Part shown: positions 57,394 to 64,000 of the stretch, one piece after another | Layout: each line of letters starts with the position of its first letter | Position numbering within the stretch: the stretch's first letter is position 1 | DNA from: an uncultured Planctomycetales bacterium | GTDB taxonomy: Bacteria > Omnitrophota > Gorgyraeia > Zapsychrales > CAYRXT01 | NCBI GenBank assembly: GCA_964428315.1 | Contig: CAYRXT010000008.1 | Coordinates: 6,140 to 70,139, forward strand | Direction of reading: 5' to 3' | DNA length: 64,000 bases | Notes under the pieces: model-generated | What the model was told of the DNA's origin: nothing | Seen by the model: the letters and a program-made list of their open reading frames with translations, nothing else | The model's database searches: none | Made by a program: the position numbers and the translations under genes

Positions 57394-60300
57394 TTATGGC
57401 CGTGTCTGGTATGAATAATCCTTTGTCCACCAGGCACCATCGATCAAAATCCACAGCCTTACGTAGATTTTCGTGTTATTAAGCGGGATGCCGGTGACTG
57501 TCTGCGATGTCGCCATGTGAACATTTTTGCTGTAGATATCGCCCCAGGGATCGACTTTGACTGAACTGAAGGTCGTCCCCACGCTGAGCCAGTAGGCGGA
57601 GGCCCGCGGGTCGGAATCCCAGGAGAAGTTCACAGTCGCGGAGGTGATCGCGGCATTGTCCCCCAGGTGGACGCTCTGATCTTGATCAACTTCTGTCATG
57701 CAGGAGGCGTCACAACCGTCGTTGTTGTTCGTGTTGCCGTCATCACATTGCTCCGAACCGTTTACTGTGCCGTCTCCGCAATATTCGGCGGATACGCATG
57801 ATGCAAAGGCGGAGCATTGATCGTCACAGCTTTGGGTTCCGGCATAACCGTCCGTAGTGGTGCACGACTGGACGTTAGAATCACAGACTTCTTTTCCGTT
57901 GGTCATACCGTCCCCGCAATATTCGGTTGCGATGCACTCACTGTATCCGGAGCACTGGTCATTACATGACCGCGAACCGGCGTAGCCGTCTTCCGTTGTG
58001 CAGATTTCGCTATCGTTGTCACATATCTCCGAGCCTGTGACCATTCCGTCACCGCACACGTCCGTCTGACCGGAGGCTGTCGTCTGATAAGAATAATCCT
58101 TGGTCCACCAGGCACCGTCAATCAAAGTCCACAGCCTTACGTAGATTTTCGTGTTATTAAGCGGGATGCCGGTCACAGTCTGCGATGTCGCCATGTGAAC
58201 ATTTTGGCTGTAGATATCGCCCCATGGATCAACTTTGACTGAACTGAAGGTCGTCCCCACGCTGAGCCAATAGGCGGAGGCTCGAGGATCCGAGTCCCAA
58301 CTGAAATGAACGGTGCTGACACTGATGGTGGCGTCTCTCCCGAGATGCACAGCCTGGGATTCAAGACGGCAGCCGGCACTACACCCGTCTCCCCCGCTGT
58401 TATTGCCGTCATCGCATTGTTCGTTTCCATTGACGGTACCATCGCCACAGCTTTCAGTGGTCGAACACGTCCCAAAACCCCCACAATGGGCGTCACATAA
58501 CTGTGTGCCCGCATAGCCGTCGGTCGTTGTGCAGCTTTGCGCATTCGAATCGCATACTTCGCTGCCATTCACCATGCCGTCACCGCAATATTCGCTTGTC
58601 GTGCATGCGCCAAAAGCTGAGCAATTATCGGAACACGTCTGCGTACCGGAATAACCGTCTGCAGTAACACAGACCCGGGAAGCTGTATCGCAGATTTCGT
58701 TTCCGTTTGTTGTTCCATCTCCGCAATACTCGGATGTCGAGCATGAGCCGTACCCCGAACACTGGGCGTTGCACGTCTCTGTCCCGGCGTATCCTTCAGC
58801 GGTTGTGCATGACTGAGAGTCGGCATCGCAGGCCTCATCCCCGTTCGTTGTCCCGTCGCCGCAGGATTCGGTTGTCACGCATTCCGTGTTATACCCGCTG
58901 CAATCCGATTTGCACGCCTGCGTGCCGCTGTAGCCCTCGGCTGTCGTACAGGACTGCCCCTCTCCATCGCAGGTTTCATTGCCGTTGAGGATACCGTCTC
59001 CGCATGATTCTTCGGCAACGCAGGAACCGAAGCCGGTGCACTGCGCGTTACATGTTTCTGTACCCACATAACCGTCGTCAGCGATGCAGGACCGGCTGTT
59101 ACCGTCACAGACCTCTTCCCCTTCGATCTTCGCGTCTCCGCAATAGGTGAGCGATTGGTTTTCACTTCCCAAAACGCCAATTTCCGCGACGCATGTCCAT
59201 GGGTTGCCGTTAACCTCCGACAGCGCAACAAATTTAAAATACCGTCCGGTGTGCACTGAATTGAAGAGAACCTCTTTCTCTGAACTGGAATTGACGAAAG
59301 AACCGCTTGCCGCCAGCGAATCCCAAGCAATTCCGTCTTCGCTGATGTAAAACTCGTAATCTTTGACATTTCCATTTGATCCGCCATCCTGACGCGGGAG
59401 GTAACGGAATCCGCTCACATCATATGTCGCCCCCAAATCCACAATGATATAATGAGGATGTTCGGGAGATGTGTAGTACCACTCTGTATGCCATTCCGAT
59501 GTCGTGTCATCATCAAAGGCGTTTACTGCGGCATCATTATCGCTGTTCATTTCCTGGCTGTCGAAGTCGATCAGAGTCCAATTGGCCTTTGAGATGGCAA
59601 CAATCAGAGTCGAAACGGAAATCGAATGATCCGCCATATTGCTTAAAACACCATCAGAAACCGAAAAACGAAACGTGTAATCTCCATCTTGTCCACTCAC
59701 TGGCGACCAGGTCAGCGTCCCTGTTCCATCGCCGTTATCGACAAATACCGCCCCCAGAGTCGTCACCTCATCCAAAACATCGCCGTTGACGACGTGTGCC
59801 GTAAGCGTAAGCGGGTCCCCGTCCGAATCGCTGGCGCTGACATTAACGCTCGCGGCGCCTCCGGTTTCAATCGACGCATCACCGGAAACACTGATGACAG
59901 GCGCGTGATTGATATCCCCGACCGCGATGCTCGTTGTGTCATCATCACTCAAACTCCCGTCGCTGACGGTCAGGGTGACGGTGTACTCTCCAGTCTGGGC
60001 GTAGGTGTGCACGGGGCTTTCTTCGCTGCTTGTCTGGCCGTCGCCGAAGTCCCATTCATAGGAATAGCCGGCATCCGGCAGGAAGGATTGGCTGCCGTCA
60101 AAATGGACAGTCAAATGATCCGTGCTGGCGACCTGAATAACCGCTACCGGCAGGGCCTGATCGGTCGAACTGACCCGTATCTGATGGGTTCCAGTACCCC
60201 AGAATTCATGCCGGGCAAAACCCTGATCGCTAACGTTCAGGGCGGATTGGGTGCCGTCAATGCTGATAGTCCATGCCTTTGCCGGATCCAGGTCAGCGAT

Positions 60301-62433
60301 GTAGACCTCGGTATAGGCGTCAGAATTGACATTGATGACAAAGCCGGTTTTGAAAAGGCGCAGGGAGTTTGTCTTGGAGAACCTTTCCGGATCGTGCGCG
60401 GCACGGTAATTTTCAAAAGGCGTGGGCGAAGGCGGGGTGTTTTCCGTCCCGTTGAATATGGCCAGCTTATACGTGTCCACGCCCGCCATTAATACCCCGA
60501 CCGCGTCCTCGTCCGCCACGGATAGCAGTTTGGAAAAGTCCGCCTGGCTGCCGACATGAACGACGTTGGCCAGTGTGAGAAAACCTGTCTTTTGTGTCGG
60601 GATGATCCTCAACTGATATTTAAGTTCCCCGTCCCTCATAACCCCGGTCAGGTAAAGAGGATGCCCGGCGTTGTAGAGACTCTGTTCGTCATAGATCTGC
60701 AATGAGTAATCGTCTACCAGGGTTCTCAGGGTGACTTCTTCCCCGTTATCGGCGTGCCATTTTATGGTGTCGCCGCTGATGTTGGGATTGGCGTCAGGTA
60801 TATGGAGGATCCACTGATGATAGGCGTTGGCCGCGTCGATGCGCTCTTCGATGTAATCCGGTATGCGTTCGTAGCGCCAGGTCGGCATGGTGTTCGTATC
60901 CTTGGGATCGCTGACGTTAAGGCGGTCAAACACCACGATAGTGTCCGAGCCGTCCGTATTATGCCAGTACATTGTACTGCGGTTCCATTCATGGACGAAC
61001 TCCAGCGGAGGATCGTAGTAGTTGCTGTGAACCAGCTGTCCGCCGGTGGTCCCTGAATGATAAAGGAAGGTGTCGCCCGCTTCAAAGGCGCCTTCCCCGA
61101 AGGCCTCGTTCGCGCCGGCGACGCCGCCTGAAATAAGCATGCCGTTCATGTACGGCCCTTCGACCTTGCCGCCGTAATACCCTTTGGGATTCGAGACCGC
61201 CCATCCGCCGTTGCGGTAGAGATTGAAGTTTGTCAGCGATTCCCTGTCATGATCCACGTAGGTGTAGTTGAACATCGTCGATGCGTAAAAACTGTCGTTG
61301 GAGCCCCATCCGCTGTGATGGTACGCGATCCCGTGACCCGAGGCGTGATGTGATGTGATTCCGGCGGGAGCCTGACGCGAGGAGTAGGGATCCACGAAGT
61401 ACGGCCAGCTGGGACCGGTGTTCGTCGTCCCGTTGGCCTCGTATACGACGTCGAACAAATACAGAGCCTCCGGATCCCTGGATAACGCGCTCACCATCGC
61501 CATAAGGGGAACGCGGTTCCAGTAACGCAAATCGTGGGGGTTCTGCTCGTCGCCCCACTGAAAGGAATCTCTGAAGTTCGGGGTCATCTGCTGAACCATC
61601 GCTTCGGCAAAATCATCATATAATGCCGTAACGTCCGGAAATTTATCTTCTCCGTAATAGGCGTTGATTGCCGAGGCGCCCATAAGAAGATATTGCAGAG
61701 TCCCCAGGTTGTAATTCGAGCTCTCCAGCCATTCGCCGCCTACGGATATGCCGGTCGTGTACCGCTTGATGGTATTGCGCCATGTGGAGGTGTTTGCGCC
61801 GGTGGCGTCCAGCCCTCCCACAGGTTTGATGAAATCATTTCCGGCGAAATTGAGGATCTCGCTGGCCCTGGTGGGATCTTCGTCCATAAGGGCAACGGCG
61901 TAACAGGCCACGCCGAAATAATGTCCCGTCATTTCGTCCGAGTCCCACGTCCGCGTCCCGTGGCCGGTGGAAAAGACCAAATCAACCCAATGGTCGAGTA
62001 TATCCCGGTAGTTCGCGCGATCCGTCGATGAAAGCGCGTCAGAAATCCAGTCGTAAAGAATCGCCAAATTCGTGAAGTTATGGCGGGTGGAATTGCGGGA
62101 TGGTTCGGCGCAGCCCGACGGGCGGTAAGAATCCCCGCACCACCAGTTCACCCTCTGCCACGCCGAGTAGGCATATGAGGTGTCTCCGGTGATCAAGTAA
62201 ACCAGCCCGTCACGCAGTCCGTCGTCGCCGTAGAGATTGGACGTATCGGCCTGCGATTTCAGACGCTGCCAGAGCGGATGGTTTTCATTGTACATCTGGG
62301 TCCAGAGCTGCTGCTGGTCAGCGGACCACCCCACCTTGTTCTGGGCCCAGGCGTCGCATAGAAAAACGCCCGATAGCGCAAAAAATACCGTTGTCAAGAG
62401 AACAAACAGCTTTTGAAAATTTGATTTACTCAT
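57394..62433 (-). CDS. Large secreted multidomain protein: heparinase II/III-like region, PKD, Ig/cadherin-like, F5/8 type C, Cys-rich repeats and a duplicated C-terminal domain
   Basis: Signal peptide ending AWA; GEWLES..Y, WGD, HSGW and H.D...F.LY..G motifs; WDFGDG; WHT...HY...DLG...YLPRQ; nine CGDG repeats. Confidence 0.75.
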   Translation of the reverse strand: MSKSNFQKLFVLLTTVFFALSGVFLCDAWAQNKVGWSADQQQLWTQMYNENHPLWQRLKSQADTSNLYGDDGLRDGLVYLITGDTSYAYSAWQRVNWWCGDSYRPSGCAEPSRNSTRHNFTNLAILYDWISDALSSTDRANYRDILDHWVDLVFSTGHGTRTWDSDEMTGHYFGVACYAVALMDEDPTRASEILNFAGNDFIKPVGGLDATGANTSTWRNTIKRYTTGISVGGEWLESSNYNLGTLQYLLMGASAINAYYGEDKFPDVTALYDDFAEAMVQQMTPNFRDSFQWGDEQNPHDLRYWNRVPLMAMVSALSRDPEALYLFDVVYEANGTTNTGPSWPYFVDPYSSRQAPAGITSHHASGHGIAYHHSGWGSNDSFYASTMFNYTYVDHDRESLTNFNLYRNGGWAVSNPKGYYGGKVEGPYMNGMLISGGVAGANEAFGEGAFEAGDTFLYHSGTTGGQLVHSNYYDPPLEFVHEWNRSTMYWHNTDGSDTIVVFDRLNVSDPKDTNTMPTWRYERIPDYIEERIDAANAYHQWILHIPDANPNISGDTIKWHADNGEEVTLRTLVDDYSLQIYDEQSLYNAGHPLYLTGVMRDGELKYQLRIIPTQKTGFLTLANVVHVGSQADFSKLLSVADEDAVGVLMAGVDTYKLAIFNGTENTPPSPTPFENYRAAHDPERFSKTNSLRLFKTGFVINVNSDAYTEVYIADLDPAKAWTISIDGTQSALNVSDQGFARHEFWGTGTHQIRVSSTDQALPVAVIQVASTDHLTVHFDGSQSFLPDAGYSYEWDFGDGQTSSEESPVHTYAQTGEYTVTLTVSDGSLSDDDTTSIAVGDINHAPVISVSGDASIETGGAASVNVSASDSDGDPLTLTAHVVNGDVLDEVTTLGAVFVDNGDGTGTLTWSPVSGQDGDYTFRFSVSDGVLSNMADHSISVSTLIVAISKANWTLIDFDSQEMNSDNDAAVNAFDDDTTSEWHTEWYYTSPEHPHYIIVDLGATYDVSGFRYLPRQDGGSNGNVKDYEFYISEDGIAWDSLAASGSFVNSSSEKEVLFNSVHTGRYFKFVALSEVNGNPWTCVAEIGVLGSENQSLTYCGDAKIEGEEVCDGNSRSCIADDGYVGTETCNAQCTGFGSCVAEESCGDGILNGNETCDGEGQSCTTAEGYSGTQACKSDCSGYNTECVTTESCGDGTTNGDEACDADSQSCTTAEGYAGTETCNAQCSGYGSCSTSEYCGDGTTNGNEICDTASRVCVTADGYSGTQTCSDNCSAFGACTTSEYCGDGMVNGSEVCDSNAQSCTTTDGYAGTQLCDAHCGGFGTCSTTESCGDGTVNGNEQCDDGNNSGGDGCSAGCRLESQAVHLGRDATISVSTVHFSWDSDPRASAYWLSVGTTFSSVKVDPWGDIYSQNVHMATSQTVTGIPLNNTKIYVRLWTLIDGAWWTKDYSYQTTASGQTDVCGDGMVTGSEICDNDSEICTTEDGYAGSRSCNDQCSGYSECIATEYCGDGMTNGKEVCDSNVQSCTTTDGYAGTQSCDDQCSAFASCVSAEYCGDGTVNGSEQCDDGNTNNNDGCDASCMTEVDQDQSVHLGDNAAITSATVNFSWDSDPRASAYWLSVGTTFSSVKVDPWGDIYSKNVHMATSQTVTGIPLNNTKIYVRLWILIDGAWWTKDYSYQTRP
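57404..58310. repeat. Near-identical internal duplication of about 230 bp (57404-57632 and 58082-58310)
   Basis: Both copies encode FSWDSDPRASAYWLSVGT...WWTKDYSYQT; offset 678 bp. Confidence 0.9.
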
Positions 62434-62462
62434 TGTACGACCTCCCCGGGTGCCCCCCGATT

Positions 62463-62496
62463 AAAAAAACCCAGGTCCAAAGAGTCGGCCTGGGTG
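62463..62496 (-). terminator. Intrinsic terminator (expression platform of the proximal riboswitch)
   Basis: ACCCAGGCCGA-CUCU-UUGGACCUGGGU followed by a U tract. Confidence 0.75.
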
Positions 62497-62545
62497 TTGC
62501 GGTTTTCCGGGGTTGGTGCTGTTTGTTTCTCGCTGAGAATCGCGT

Positions 62546-62625
62546 TTTCGGCAGCCAGGCTGTCCCTCTCAAGGACCCTGTGACTTTGCGTCCCCGCCTT
62601 ACGACGGGTTTGCCTTTATCGTTAC
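62546..62625 (-). ncRNA. c-di-GMP-I (GEMM) riboswitch, proximal copy
   Basis: GAUAAAGGCAAACCCGUC-GUAA-GGCGGGGACGCAAAGUCACAGGGUCC...GACAGCCUGGCUGCCGAA. Confidence 0.9.
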
Positions 62626-62657
62626 TTTTCTGAAAGAGCGGTGCGGCCGCGATGGCC

Positions 62658-62689
62658 AAAAAAAAACCTATTACGCAAAGTAATAGGTT
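62658..62689 (-). terminator. Intrinsic terminator (expression platform of the distal riboswitch)
   Basis: AACCUAUUAC-UUUGC-GUAAUAGGUU followed by a U tract. Confidence 0.8.
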
Positions 62690-62703
62690 CGGTTTTGGTC
62701 GAT

Positions 62704-62795
62704 CCTTCGGCAGTCAGGCTGCCCTTGAACCATGCGTTCAGGGCCCTATAACTTTGCGTCCCCGCCTTACGGCGGGTTTGCCTTTGTCGGTGATA
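62704..62795 (-). ncRNA. c-di-GMP-I (GEMM) riboswitch, distal copy
   Basis: GACAAAGGCAAACCCGCC-GUAA-GGCGGGGACGCAAAGUUAUAGGGCCC...GGGCAGCCUGACUGCCGAA. Confidence 0.9.
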
Positions 62796-62990
62796 TTTTA
62801 AAGAACTTTTTTCCAGCCAATGTCAAGTATAGAACACAAATCCGGAAAAAGCAAATCGTGACGCGAAAAAATGATGATTTTTTCACGAGAAAAAGCGTCA
62901 ATCTTTAAGTGTCTATATCCTTTTGCAGGACAGCATGTTGCATATTTTGCGGTCTTTGGGAAAGCGCTTTCTCATTTTTAAAGTCCATTG

Positions 62991-63392
62991 TCAAAATTGC
63001 TTTTCGTAACATTCTTTTTTTAATTCGGATTTTTCCCGCTGTATCCAGTAAGAGTTTTTTTCCGGCTCAAGCGGCTGGTCTAGCAGATCCTTGCGGAGCA
63101 AACGAAGAACCAATCCAATGATGCCGAACATAAGATAAAATACCGCGCCCAAGATAAAACCGGTGACAACCGCTCCTATAAAGTGAGCCACCTTCATCCA
63201 CCGGTCATACACCAGCTTGACATGATCCAGCGAGAAGACCGTCAACAACAGGAAAAAACCGGACATGGTTATCAGCGCGAATGGCACAAATCCCGCTCCG
63301 TGCTTTATCCAAAGCCTGGAACCGATAAACCCCAGGATCAGGAATAGGCCATAACCGAAAACCTTCAAGTTTCTCATCTCTTTTGGATTCAT
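62991..63392 (-). CDS. SxtJ family membrane protein
   Basis: L..FG, WMK.A..IG, KD.L, SYW and ..KQF C-terminus; downstream of the carbamoyltransferase. Confidence 0.85.
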   Translation of the reverse strand: MNPKEMRNLKVFGYGLFLILGFIGSRLWIKHGAGFVPFALITMSGFFLLLTVFSLDHVKLVYDRWMKVAHFIGAVVTGFILGAVFYLMFGIIGLVLRLLRKDLLDQPLEPEKNSYWIQREKSELKKECYEKQF

Positions 63393-63394
63393 CG

Positions 63395-64000
63395 TCAGTC
63401 CAGGATCAAGGACATATCCTCTTTTTTGTATTTGTCTTTGTCAGGCTGTTTTTCCTTCTCAAAAATCAGGTTCTCAATCACCAGGTAATCCATATTCGTG
63501 CACATAAAGCAGCGGTAGGCATCGGCCGGCGTACACACGATGGGTTCTCCGCGTATGTTGAAAGACGTGTTGATCACCACCGGGCAACCCGTCAGCTTGT
63601 AAAATTCATTAAGGACCTGGTAATACAGCGGATTGGTCTTTGCGGAAACGGTCTGTATCCGCGCCGAATAATCGACATGCGTGACCGCGGGAATGACGGA
63701 ACGACGGACCTTCAACTTTTCCAGTCCAGCCGCATTCATGTTCCGGGAGCCCTCGTCAATCTTGTCTTCCTTGACATTCGCGACCAGGAGCATGTACGGA
63801 CTGGGGCAATCCAGTTCAAAATATTCCTGACAGTAGTCTTCGAGCACGCTCGGCGCGAACGGCCGGAACGATTCCCGGAATTTGATCTTCAGGTTCAATA
63901 CAGACTGCATTTTTTCGCTCCGGGCGTCCGCGATGATACTGCGGCTGCCCAGGGCGCGCGGGCCGAATTCCATGCGTCCCTGAAAAAGGCCGACCACATT
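63395..64000 (-). CDS. Carbamoyltransferase (NodU/CmcH family), C-terminal part; truncated at the window edge
   Basis: GRMEFGPRALG.RS, KFRESFRPFAP, HVDYSAR.QTV and NTSFN.RGEPIV motifs. Confidence 0.93.
   Translation of the reverse strand, partial: NVVGLFQGRMEFGPRALGSRSIIADARSEKMQSVLNLKIKFRESFRPFAPSVLEDYCQEYFELDCPSPYMLLVANVKEDKIDEGSRNMNAAGLEKLKVRRSVIPAVTHVDYSARIQTVSAKTNPLYYQVLNEFYKLTGCPVVINTSFNIRGEPIVCTPADAYRCFMCTNMDYLVIENLIFEKEKQPDKDKYKKEDMSLILD

Noticed and set aside
62546-62795. c-AMP-GMP (GEMM-Ib) specificity of the riboswitches
   Set aside because: Both aptamers have G, not A, at the G20-equivalent position; promiscuity cannot be excluded without assays
62991-64000. Saxitoxin biosynthesis suggested by SxtJ plus carbamoyltransferase
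   Set aside because: These families are widespread and no core sxt genes are present

Overview
This window is almost entirely one minus-strand exosortase/PEP-CTERM surface-glycan locus of about 54 kb (1.8-55.6 kb). Read in transcription order it contains: a MerR/BldC-like HTH, Wza, a Wzz/Wzc-N protein, an ExeA-like ATPase, a CpsD kinase, nucleotide-sugar genes (epimerase, rmlA/C/D, UGM-like, wecB), an O-antigen-ligase-family protein, a Wzm/Wzt ABC transporter, about a dozen glycosyltransferases with glycan-modifying enzymes, exosortase plus EpsI, a priming phosphoglycosyltransferase, two PEP-CTERM proteins, and a TPR / GAF kinase / NtrC-type activator / PocR-GAF regulatory block. An rpoN gene lies divergently at the head of the locus, and sigma54 -24/-12 sites and candidate enhancers are visible in the sequence. 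At the right end, a 1679-aa secreted heparinase-like, Cys-repeat protein sits behind two tandem c-di-GMP-I riboswitches, followed by SxtJ and carbamoyltransferase genes. The most unusual observations are: (1) a complete signal peptide plus PEP-CTERM module fused N-terminally to the priming glycosyltransferase; (2) a 93-aa lipoprotein that is essentially a lipobox, a Gly/Ser linker and a PEP-CTERM tail; (3) an apparently self-contained sigma54 circuit with a sigma54 site covering the rpoN start region and 10-bp-phased GACA repeats; (4) a riboswitch whose pairing predicts that c-di-GMP switches a putative matrix lyase off. The host looks like an anaerobic diderm, possibly Omnitrophota/PVC, but that is inference only. 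All family assignments come from recognising motifs by eye; no searches were run.
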